From: Alphaproteobacteria bacterium | GTDB lineage: Bacteria > Pseudomonadota > Alphaproteobacteria > GCA-2731375 | Assembly (NCBI GenBank): GCA_965232515.1 | Contig: CBDDPY010000002.1 | Location: 6,496,001 to 6,560,000, forward strand | Reading direction: 5' to 3' | Length of the DNA stretch: 64,000 bases | Shown here: one piece after another, positions 37,080-45,810 of the stretch | Numbering within the stretch: the first letter of the stretch is position 1 | Layout of the letters: each line of letters begins with the position of its first letter | Program-made: the position numbers and the translations under genes | Notes under the pieces: generated by a model | What the model saw: the letters and a program-made list of their open reading frames with translations, nothing else | The model's database searches: none | Told to the model about the DNA's origin: nothing

Positions 37080-38099
37080 ATGTCTGGGACCATAAGAAAA
37101 ACACTGATTGCCGGCCTGCTGGCCGCCGCCGCCATGTCCGCCACGGCCAAGGCCGAGACCGTGCTGCGGTTCTCCAACTGGGTGCCGCCGCAGCATCCGG
37201 TCTCCACCGACATCATCAACGTCTATGCCGAGCGGATCGCCGAAGCGACCGAGGGCCGGGTCAAGGTCCAGGTGCTGAGCCCTGGGCTCGGCAAGCCGCC
37301 GGCGCATCTGGACCTGGTGAAGAACGGCGTCGCCGACATCGCCTTCGCCGTGCACAGCTACAACGCCGACCGCTTCGCGCTGCCGCGCGTCGCCGAGCTG
37401 CCGTTCCTGGCCAAGGACTCGACGTCGGCGTCGGTCGCCTACTGGCGCGTGCACGAGAAATATCTGGCGCCGGCCGGCGAGCACAAGGGCGTCAAGCTGC
37501 TCGGCCTCTGGGTGCACGGTCCGGCGCACATCTGGACAATCAAGGCGCCGGTCAACACGCTTGACGACCTGGGCGGCCAGAAGATCCGCGTCGCCGGTGG
37601 CATTACCAAGGACATCGCCAACGCGCTGGGCGCGGTGCCGTTCTTCGCGCCGGCGCCGAAGACCTACGAGGCGCTGTCGAAGGGCGTCGCCGACGGCATT
37701 TTCTTCCCGTCGGAATCCGTACCGGGTTTCAAGCTCGACAAGATCATCCGCCACGGCCTGATGGTGCCGGGCGGTCTCTATCGCTCCAGCCAGTACATCG
37801 TCATGAATCAGGCGAAGTGGGACGCGCTATCGGACGCCGATAAGCAGGCCATCGACAGCGTCTCTGGCGAGGCGCTCGCCAAGCTCGCCGGCGAGGTCTG
37901 GGACCGCATCGACGCCAAGGGTATCGAGACCATGACGGCCTCGGGCATTGCCATGAAGACCGCGGACGGCGCGCTGCTCGACAGCATCAGGGCCAAGGTC
38001 GCCGGCTTCGAGGGCGAGTGGCTGGCCACCGCCAAGGCCAAGGGCGTCGACGGCGACGCCGCGCTCGCCATGCTGAAGGCCGAAATCGCCGGGATGTAG
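37080..38099 (+). CDS. dctP: TRAP transporter substrate-binding protein
   Basis: Signal peptide; ELPF, GQKIRV and YEALSKGVADG motifs. Confidence 0.9.
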   Translation: MSGTIRKTLIAGLLAAAAMSATAKAETVLRFSNWVPPQHPVSTDIINVYAERIAEATEGRVKVQVLSPGLGKPPAHLDLVKNGVADIAFAVHSYNADRFALPRVAELPFLAKDSTSASVAYWRVHEKYLAPAGEHKGVKLLGLWVHGPAHIWTIKAPVNTLDDLGGQKIRVAGGITKDIANALGAVPFFAPAPKTYEALSKGVADGIFFPSESVPGFKLDKIIRHGLMVPGGLYRSSQYIVMNQAKWDALSDADKQAIDSVSGEALAKLAGEVWDRIDAKGIETMTASGIAMKTADGALLDSIRAKVAGFEGEWLATAKAKGVDGDAALAMLKAEIAGM

Positions 38100-38104
38100 T
38101 TGGC

Positions 38105-39004
38105 TCAGTCGGTCTCGGCCGAGCCGGCGTAGATTTCAACTAAACGTGTTGGATCTTCGTCGGCCTGGCCACGGCCGGCCATCACCCGCATGATCTCGGC
38201 TGTCGTACTGGCGATCGGTAACGGGGCCTGTAGTTCCTTTGCCAGGTCGGTCGCCGTGTCGACGTCCTTCAACAGCGTGTAGAGCTGGCCCAGCAGCGGC
38301 TCGTACTGCCGGGCCGCCATGCGTGGCGCGAAGGTCTGCAGCGGTTTCGAGTCGCCCCAACCGCCGGCGAGTGCTTCCGCCAGCTGCGTCGCGTCGATGC
38401 CGGCGCGTTCGGCGAAGTTGACCGCCTCCGCGATCACGGCGATTGCCGTGCCGCTGATGATCTGATTGCAGAGCTTCGTGGTTTGGCCGGCGCCGCTGCC
38501 GCCCATATGCGTGAAGCGGCCGCAGAGGTTCATGACGACAGGCCGCACGCGCTCCACGGCTTCGGCGTCGCCGCCGCACATGATGGCGAGCGTGCCGTCG
38601 GCCGCCCCCTGCACACCGCCCGACACGGGCGCGTCGATCCAGGCCATGCCGCATTTGTCGGCCAGGCGTTGGGCGATATCGCGCGTGGTATCGGGCCGGA
38701 TGCTGGAGAAGTCGACGACGATCTTGCCGGCAGCCCCGCCGTCGGCGAGACCATCCGGCCCGAAGGCGACCTGCTCGGCCGCCGCCGCGTCGGTCACGCA
38801 CATCATCACGATCTCGGCGGCGCGCGCGACATCGGCGATGGTGTCGGCCGGCGTCGCGCCGGCGGCGACCAGCGGCTCGAGCTTCGAACGCGTGCGGTTC
38901 CACACCGTGACGTCGTAACCGGCCGCCAGCAGCCGTTGCGTCATCGGCCCGCCGATCAGGCCGGTGCCGATATAGCCGAGCGTCGGCTTCCCCGCGGCGC
39001 TCAT
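38105..39004 (-). CDS. NAD(P)-dependent 3-hydroxyisobutyrate/tartronate-semialdehyde reductase family oxidoreductase
   Basis: [16 protein letters not shown] and KLCNQ motifs. Confidence 0.92.
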   Translation of the reverse strand: MSAAGKPTLGYIGTGLIGGPMTQRLLAAGYDVTVWNRTRSKLEPLVAAGATPADTIADVARAAEIVMMCVTDAAAAEQVAFGPDGLADGGAAGKIVVDFSSIRPDTTRDIAQRLADKCGMAWIDAPVSGGVQGAADGTLAIMCGGDAEAVERVRPVVMNLCGRFTHMGGSGAGQTTKLCNQIISGTAIAVIAEAVNFAERAGIDATQLAEALAGGWGDSKPLQTFAPRMAARQYEPLLGQLYTLLKDVDTATDLAKELQAPLPIASTTAEIMRVMAGRGQADEDPTRLVEIYAGSAETD

Positions 39005-40734
39005 TCCGCGTCGTCCCAGGGCCACTGCACGTTGCCGGCATGCGTCACCGCGCCCAGATTGGCGGGGCCGACCTGAGCCGCGTATTTCTCCAGCGTCCCG
39101 CCCAGGCTTCGCGGGTCCGGCGGCCGCCATGTGGCGCGCCGGCGGTCGAGCTCGGCCTCGCTCAGGTCGACGTCGATGGTGCCGGCCTCGGCATCGATGC
39201 GGATGCGGTCGCCGGTTTCGATCAGCGCGATGGGGCCGCCGGCCGCCGCCTCCGGGCAGACATAGCCGATCATCATGCCGCGGGTGGCGCCGGAGAAACG
39301 GCCGTCGGTCAGCAGCGCCACCTTCTCGCCCATGCCCTGGCCGTAGAGCAGCGCGGTGATGCCCAGCATCTCGCGCATACCAGGCCCGCCGCGCGGGCCC
39401 TCGTTGCGGATCACGATCACCGCGCCCGGCTCGTAGGCCATCTCGTGTAGGGTTTCGACACAGGCCTCCTCGTTCTCGAACACCAGCGCCGGGCCCTCGT
39501 GCACCAGCGATTGCAGGCCGGCGACCTTGATCAGCGCCCCGTCGGGCGCCAGGTTGCCGCGCAGCACCACGACGCCGCCGGTCGGCATGATCGCCGCGTC
39601 GGCGGTGCGCACGATGTCGCCGTCCGGCGTCGCGGCGGCGGCCGCAACCTCGGCGATGCTGCGGCCGGTTATGGTCGGGCAGTCGCCGTGCAGGTGGCCG
39701 CCGTCCAGCAGCGCTTTCAGGATCACCGACACGCCGCCGATCTCGAACACGTCCTTGGCGAGGTATTGCCCGCCGGGCTTCAGGTTGGCTAGCAGGGGCG
39801 TGCGCTGGAACACCTCGGCCACGTCGTCCAGCGTGAAGCGGATGCCGGCCTCGTGCGCGATGGCTGGGATGTGCAGGCCGGCATTGGTCGAGCCGCCGGT
39901 GGCGGCGACAACGGCGCAGGCGTTCTCCAGGCTTTCGCGCGTCACCAGGTCGCGGGGCAGGGGGCCGCCGTCCGCCAGCACGTCGGTCACGGCCTCGCCG
40001 GCCTTGCGCGCCAACGCCATGCGCTGGGCATAGACGGCCGGCAGCATAGCCGAGCCGGGCAGGGCCAGCCCCAGGGCTTCCGAGATCATCGCCATGGTGT
40101 TCGCCGTGAACTGGCCGGGGCAGGAGCCGATGGTCGGGTTGCACACCAGCTCCATGTCGTAGAGCTCGTCTTCCGTCATCTGCCCGGACATCACCGCGCC
40201 GACGCCCTCGTACGAATCCAGCGCCGTCACGGTCTTGCCGCGCCACGGCGCCGGCAGGGTGCTGCCGCCATACATGAAGACCGACGGCACGTTGCAGCGG
40301 ACCATGGCCATCATGATGCCGGGGAGCGTCTTGTCGCAGCCGCCGAAGCCGACCAGGCCGTCATAGCAATGCGCACGCATCACGGCTTCGATGGAATCGG
40401 CGATCAGTTCGCGGCTGACCAGGCTGAACTTCATGCCCTGATGGTTCATCGAGATGCCGTCGGACACCGAGATCGTGGTGAACTCGCGCGCCGTGCAGCC
40501 GCCGACCTCGACGCCGACCTTGGCCGCCGCCGCCTGCGGCCCCAGGCTCATGGAACATGGCGTGGTCTCGTTGTGCGTGCTGACGACGCCGATCATCGGC
40601 TTCTCGATGGCCTCGTCGTCCAGGCCCATGGCCCGCATGAAGGTGCGATGCGGCGTCCTGTCGAGACCCTGCCACGTGGTCCGCGATCGGAGCGGTTTTC
40701 CGGAAAATCGGTCGGTGGCGTGCTTTCGGCGCAT
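39001..40734 (-). CDS. ilvD: IlvD/Edd family dehydratase
   Basis: [26 protein letters not shown] and TDGRFSG motifs. Confidence 0.9.
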   Translation of the reverse strand: MRRKHATDRFSGKPLRSRTTWQGLDRTPHRTFMRAMGLDDEAIEKPMIGVVSTHNETTPCSMSLGPQAAAAKVGVEVGGCTAREFTTISVSDGISMNHQGMKFSLVSRELIADSIEAVMRAHCYDGLVGFGGCDKTLPGIMMAMVRCNVPSVFMYGGSTLPAPWRGKTVTALDSYEGVGAVMSGQMTEDELYDMELVCNPTIGSCPGQFTANTMAMISEALGLALPGSAMLPAVYAQRMALARKAGEAVTDVLADGGPLPRDLVTRESLENACAVVAATGGSTNAGLHIPAIAHEAGIRFTLDDVAEVFQRTPLLANLKPGGQYLAKDVFEIGGVSVILKALLDGGHLHGDCPTITGRSIAEVAAAAATPDGDIVRTADAAIMPTGGVVVLRGNLAPDGALIKVAGLQSLVHEGPALVFENEEACVETLHEMAYEPGAVIVIRNEGPRGGPGMREMLGITALLYGQGMGEKVALLTDGRFSGATRGMMIGYVCPEAAAGGPIALIETGDRIRIDAEAGTIDVDLSEAELDRRRATWRPPDPRSLGGTLEKYAAQVGPANLGAVTHAGNVQWPWDDAE

Positions 40735-41091
40735 GGCATTCCTTCGTGAACTTGACGTCATCCTTCCGCGCATCGTTCGGCGCGCCGGCACAGTCTAGCG
40801 CGGATTGACGCGACCCGTGGATTTGCTTGGAATTCCGCCATTTAGCCCGCGTTTCGTCGGACTGGCGATCAACAGAAAATTAATGGCGACGGCTCGATAA
40901 TTGATCGGTCAAATCGATGGTCAAGTGATTGATCAGAACAGGATCTGGTATTGGAGAGAAATTATTTCCAAATACTGAGATCTTTTTCGGGATTTCTGCG
41001 GAAACGCCTCGAAAAGCGCCCAAAGCGGCCATTTCCCTTCAGTTTTAGTAAAATCTTAAGCGATGTCATTCGCCTCCGGTCGCGCAAGTAC

Positions 41092-43026
41092 ATGCTGGCC
41101 GGCACGGCCGTGCAGGCCCGCCAGCTCTGGTCGATGTCGCGCCGCAATGTCAGCATCCTGCTGGTCCTGGCGCTCGGCATCGGCATTACCGTGACCGGCT
41201 TTCTGGCGACCCGGGACCATTATCTCGCCGAGCGAAACCGCGCTTTCGAAAAACCGGCCACGGACTATGCCGCGGCCTTGAGCAGCACCATCGTCCAACA
41301 CCTCGAGTTCATCGGTCATAGCGGCGCCTACTTCACCTCGTCGAACGAGGTCGAGCGCTGGGAGTTCCTCGGCTTCACCGAAAAGAGCTTGCCGCGCTAT
41401 CCCGGCATCCGCGCGCTCTATTGGGTGCCGCAGGTGTCGGCAGGCGACCGCGAAGCGTTCGAAACCCGCGCCCGTAGCGACGGCCTCTACGGCTTCCGCT
41501 TTCGCGAGGCCGGTGCCGATGGCGTGCTGGCGCCGGCGACGCGCCGGCGACGGCATTTTCCGATCTATTTCATCGAGCCCTTCACCGGCAACGAGCTGGA
41601 TCTGGGTTTCGACCTGGCGTCGGCGCCGTCACTGCTGGCGGTCCTTCGACAGGCCGCCGACGAGGGACGCATGACAGCCAAGTCGCAGTTCGTGCTGCCC
41701 AGCCATGCCAGCAGTTCGGGCGAGTTGATGTTGGTCCTGCCGACCTATGAGGCCGGCAAAGTGCCCGACAGCGTCGCCGCGCGCCGGGACAAACTGATTG
41801 GCTTTATGGTCGCGTTGCTGGATGTCGCCGACATGGTTGAGGCGGCGGTGCAGGAACTGTTGGCGCCGCCCTGGCTCGATCTCTATGTCCTGGACACGAC
41901 GGTCGAGGGCGCGGCGCGGCTATTGCAGTTCCGTTCGTCGGTGCTGCAGGCCGAGCCGTTCGCAGGCGTCGACGTGCAACAGGTCTTCGACGGCATGTTC
42001 GCCGCCTCGACGCTTCAGGTTGCGGACCGCCGCTGGACAATCGTCGTCAAGCCCACGACCGATCAGTCCGGTGACGGTCTGCAGGCGGTACCTTGGGCCG
42101 TCGTGGTCGTCGGTACGATGTTGACGATTGTGCTCTTGCAGCATCTCGTCGCCTCACGAAACCGGACCCGCGAGGTCGAGCGGTCGGTCGCGGTGCGAAC
42201 GGCCGAGCTCTCGGCCGCCAATGCCGCGCTCGAGCTTGAAGTGGCGGAGCGCAAGGCGGCCGAGCGTCAGGCCCAGGCCGCGCGCGACCAGGCCGAGCTG
42301 GCCAATCGGTCGAAGTCGGAGTTCCTGGCCATGGTCAGCCACGAGCTGCGAACGCCGCTGAACGCCGTGATCGGCTTCTCGGAGCTGATGGCCAGCGAAA
42401 CCTACGGTCCGCTGGGTCATCAGAAGTATCAGGAATATGCCGCCGATATCCGCCACAGCGGCACGCATCTCCTGAGCCTGATCAACGACATTCTCGATCT
42501 GTCCAAGGTCGAGGCTAACGAGATGACGTTGTCGCGGGAAGCCGTGAACCTGTCGGAGATCATTGACGGCCTGCTGCGGATCATGCGCGAAAAGGTGAAA
42601 TCGGCCGGCCTCGACATCATCGTCGAGCTGGCGTCCGATCTGCCGCTGCTCTATGTCGACGCGCGCGCCTTGAAGCAGGTGCTGCTGAACCTGATTTCCA
42701 ATGCGGTCAAGTTTACCGAGCCTGGTGGCCGCGTCGTCATCACCGCCGCGGTGCTGCCGGGCGGCGGCATGGTGATCACGGTGGCCGACACCGGCATCGG
42801 CATCGCCGAGTCGGACCTGGCGCTGGTGTTGCAACCGTTCAGCCAGGCCGACAGCTCGCTGTCGCGGAAATACGAAGGCACGGGCCTCGGTCTGCCGCTC
42901 AGCAAGCGGCTCGTCGAGCTGCACGGCGGCGCCTTGACGCTGCGCAGCCACCTTCGGAAGGGAACGGCCGTCAGCATTACCTTGCCCCGATCCTGCATCC
43001 ATCCTTCCCGAGCAGCCGTCGCCTAG
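41092..43026 (+). CDS. CHASE-domain sensor histidine kinase (start 41092 or 41134)
   Basis: TM-CHASE-TM; SHELRTPLN; NLISNAVKFT; DTGIGI; GTGLGL. Confidence 0.92.
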   Translation: MLAGTAVQARQLWSMSRRNVSILLVLALGIGITVTGFLATRDHYLAERNRAFEKPATDYAAALSSTIVQHLEFIGHSGAYFTSSNEVERWEFLGFTEKSLPRYPGIRALYWVPQVSAGDREAFETRARSDGLYGFRFREAGADGVLAPATRRRRHFPIYFIEPFTGNELDLGFDLASAPSLLAVLRQAADEGRMTAKSQFVLPSHASSSGELMLVLPTYEAGKVPDSVAARRDKLIGFMVALLDVADMVEAAVQELLAPPWLDLYVLDTTVEGAARLLQFRSSVLQAEPFAGVDVQQVFDGMFAASTLQVADRRWTIVVKPTTDQSGDGLQAVPWAVVVVGTMLTIVLLQHLVASRNRTREVERSVAVRTAELSAANAALELEVAERKAAERQAQAARDQAELANRSKSEFLAMVSHELRTPLNAVIGFSELMASETYGPLGHQKYQEYAADIRHSGTHLLSLINDILDLSKVEANEMTLSREAVNLSEIIDGLLRIMREKVKSAGLDIIVELASDLPLLYVDARALKQVLLNLISNAVKFTEPGGRVVITAAVLPGGGMVITVADTGIGIAESDLALVLQPFSQADSSLSRKYEGTGLGLPLSKRLVELHGGALTLRSHLRKGTAVSITLPRSCIHPSRAAVA

Positions 43027-43041
43027 ATCAGCGGATATAAG

Positions 43042-44283
43042 ATGATGCACAGCGCCCCCAATCGAAATTCGATCGAGCCCTGGCCGGCATTCGGTCGGCC
43101 GAGCATTCTGCTTGCCGCCGTCGTGCTGGCTCTGGCGGGATGCCTCACGCGGCCGCATTCGCCACCGCCGACAACGCCGGCGCCGGTCGTCGCCGCGCCC
43201 GAGTGGCCGGTAATTGTCGCGGCGCCGGACGTCGTCGTCGATGACCCGTCCCGGGAAACCGTGCTGATGGTGCAGACGCGGTTGCGCGAACGCGGCTACG
43301 ATCCGGGCCCGCTTGACGGGCTGCTCGGCCCCCGCACGCGCGTGGCGCTTGATGCGTTCACAAGAGATGCCGGATTGCCATCGACGTCCGGCGCTATCAC
43401 CGAACGGCTGCTGGCCGAGATCGATATCGCCGCGCCCTCGACGTCCGGCGTCGAACCGTCGGACGAAGCGCCGACATCCCTGCCCGGCGATATCGAGCCG
43501 GCTTATTCAAGGGGCGACGCCTATGTCTACTCCGATGGGCGTGTGGAGACCGTCGACGCCGTTGACGGCGACGTGGTGATCTGGCGGACGCGCGAGGACA
43601 TGCGATACCGCGCCAGCCGCAATTTCGTGCTGCCACAGACGGGCTGGCGTTCCGGCGGTCGGGTCGGTCAACGGCGACTCACCGCGTCGGCCGGTACGCT
43701 TTGGCCGCTGTCTGTGGGTCGCCGGGTGCAGTTCTCGGCGGCGGCGGTATTGATGCGCGACAGCGACCGACAGGACCAAACCAAGTGGCGCGAGACCTGG
43801 GACTGCGAGGTGGCGGCTGTCGAAACGGTGGCCGTCCCGGCCGGCCGCTTCGACACCTTCAAGCTGGTGTGCTTTCGCCAGACAGATCCGGCGGGCATTG
43901 CCTGGCGCCGCGTCTGGTACTACGCGCCGGCGGTTCGGCATTACGTCCGGCGCATCGACAGTTACGCCGACGACACGCCGCCCCGCGTGGTCGATCTGGT
44001 GGCCGTCCGCCTGGGCGGCGCCGGTTGGCCGCCGGCCGCGCGTACCGGCCTGGAATGGGCGCTGGCCGATGGCCTTGACAACCGCGTGGATGGTGAGGAA
44101 TTCACCTGGCAAAGTTCCGCGGTCGACGGCGATGTGCGCATCGAGATCGGCACCACCTCGCGAAACGCCGACGGCGCGGCCTGCCGCAGCTATGTCCAGG
44201 TTCTTACGACAGCGGCCGGCGAACGCCGTTATCCGGCACTGGCCTGTCGCGATTCCGGCGGCGCCTGGAACGTCCCGGGCTAG
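43042..44283 (+). CDS. Lipoprotein with peptidoglycan-binding domain and surface-antigen-like C-terminus
   Basis: LAGC lipobox; VQTRLRERGYDPGPLDGLLGPRTR; CRSY...ACR...W. Confidence 0.8.
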   Translation: MMHSAPNRNSIEPWPAFGRPSILLAAVVLALAGCLTRPHSPPPTTPAPVVAAPEWPVIVAAPDVVVDDPSRETVLMVQTRLRERGYDPGPLDGLLGPRTRVALDAFTRDAGLPSTSGAITERLLAEIDIAAPSTSGVEPSDEAPTSLPGDIEPAYSRGDAYVYSDGRVETVDAVDGDVVIWRTREDMRYRASRNFVLPQTGWRSGGRVGQRRLTASAGTLWPLSVGRRVQFSAAAVLMRDSDRQDQTKWRETWDCEVAAVETVAVPAGRFDTFKLVCFRQTDPAGIAWRRVWYYAPAVRHYVRRIDSYADDTPPRVVDLVAVRLGGAGWPPAARTGLEWALADGLDNRVDGEEFTWQSSAVDGDVRIEIGTTSRNADGAACRSYVQVLTTAAGERRYPALACRDSGGAWNVPG

Positions 44284-44507
44284 TGCTCACGCCGCAATTG
44301 TGGATGCGGCGAATGGGCCAGCTGCCGCAGTTCGGTTTCGAGGTCGGCCAGATCCTGGTCAAGTCTCGCCAGCGCCTGGGTGTGCACGAGCATGTGGGCG
44401 CGCATGCGCCGCACCCGGCCGCGGAGGTCGTCCAGATTTCGCTGCAAGCCTGGGCTGTCAGGACGTTTGTCGTCGGCCCGGATCGGGCCCGGATCGATAT
44501 TGTGCAT
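44280..44507 (-). CDS. Small coiled-coil hypothetical protein
   Basis: AAGGAAG RBS; heptad pattern. Confidence 0.45.
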   Translation of the reverse strand: MHNIDPGPIRADDKRPDSPGLQRNLDDLRGRVRRMRAHMLVHTQALARLDQDLADLETELRQLAHSPHPQLRREH

Positions 44508-44779
44508 TTCAAACGCTTCCTTCCTTGGCTTACGTTGCAACCAGAGATAGGAGCGTTGCCGTCGCGTTAAATCCGTAATTGCCCTTGGGTGAAACTACCC
44601 AGGCCTGAGACCGAAATATCCCGCAAAAAGAACCGAAATATTACAGAGGAAACCTCAGGCACGCGATTAAAGAAGGTATGCCTTATCTCCACGTTGACAT
44701 GGGCCATCCGCCAATTCGCCGAAATCGGGTGGCGGCCAGCATTTACGACTTATACACAATACTGGTGTTCGATGCTTTG

Positions 44780-45304
44780 ATGCCGAAACGCCGCAAATCC
44801 GCCGCCCGGCGAGCGGCAGCGAAATCGACCCTGGCCGGCCTCCAGAAGGCCGCCCGCAAGGGCGATAGCAATGCGATCTTCAAGCTGGCCGTGCACTTGC
44901 TCGACGGCGGCGACGGCGATGCCGACGCGGTGGCGGCCGCCACCTGGCTGCAGGTCGCGGCCCGGGCCGGCCATGCCGAGGCCCAGCTGAGGCTTGGGAC
45001 GCTCTATGCCACTGGGCAAGGGGTGGAGCTCGAGTTGGCGGAAGCCGCCAAGTGGATGTGCCTGGCGGCCGAGCAGGGCGTCGCGAGAGCGCAATATTGG
45101 ATGGCGAAGGCCTGCTTTCTCGGTACCGGCGTTCCCCGCGATCCAACCGCCGCCTATCGCTGGGCCACCGCCGCCGTCGCTCAGGGCTTCGGCGATCCCG
45201 GCGAGATACGAGCTGCCGCCAGGCCGTACATCAGCGACGCGGAGCTTGCCCGGATCGAGCGCGATGCGGTGCCGCCATCGGCCGCGAAGTCGGTCACCGG
45301 TTAA
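44780..45304 (+). CDS. Sel1-like repeat protein
   Basis: AARAGHAEAQLRLGTLYATGQGV and AAEQGVARAQ repeats. Confidence 0.85.
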   Translation: MPKRRKSAARRAAAKSTLAGLQKAARKGDSNAIFKLAVHLLDGGDGDADAVAAATWLQVAARAGHAEAQLRLGTLYATGQGVELELAEAAKWMCLAAEQGVARAQYWMAKACFLGTGVPRDPTAAYRWATAAVAQGFGDPGEIRAAARPYISDAELARIERDAVPPSAAKSVTG

Positions 45305-45491
45305 CAACCTTCACCAACGCCTCACGGCAATCTCATTTCCAGTTGATTGGACCTCGGGCGCGCCGGGGCCTAGGTGATTGGCGTGGGGCCGCCGTCAAAG
45401 GCGGTGTTGCGAAGCATCGGCGATCGTGACCGGCCGAGGAACATGCGGGTCGGCTCGCATCGTCTAATCGAATCGAATGGAGGTTCAACAG

Positions 45492-45740
45492 ATGATCAAG
45501 CAGATCCTGACCAGCGCCGCAATCGCGACCATGGCGGCCACGGCGGTCGTTCCGGCGGCAGTCGCCGCTTGTGCGCCGAGGGCGGTGAACAATCCTTGCG
45601 CGGCCAAGGCCTGTAATCCGTGCGCGGCCAAGGCCTGCAATCCGTGTGCGGCCAAAGCTTGCAATCCGTGCGCGGCGAAGAACCCTTGCGCGGCGTCCAA
45701 TCCTTGCGCGGCCAAGAACCCCTGCAAGCCGAAAGGCTGA
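45492..45740 (+). CDS. Small secreted Cys-rich peptide with NPCAAK repeats
   Basis: GGAGG RBS; signal peptide; 7 NPC units and 11 Cys; repeats vary mainly at synonymous positions. Confidence 0.8.
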   Translation: MIKQILTSAAIATMAATAVVPAAVAACAPRAVNNPCAAKACNPCAAKACNPCAAKACNPCAAKNPCAASNPCAAKNPCKPKG

Positions 45741-45810
45741 GTCCACCTCACGCGATATAGATCGTTCGGCCCGTGCCGGTTCGCCGGCGCGGGCCGCATT
45801 CATGTCGGAA

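Noticed and set aside
39005-40246. 713-aa extended dehydrogenase ORF
   Set aside because: Arg-rich off-frame overlap with the dehydratase; the real start is 39004.
45590-45730. Tandem DNA repeats as a CRISPR array
   Set aside because: No spacers; the repeats are in-frame coding units and no cas genes are present.
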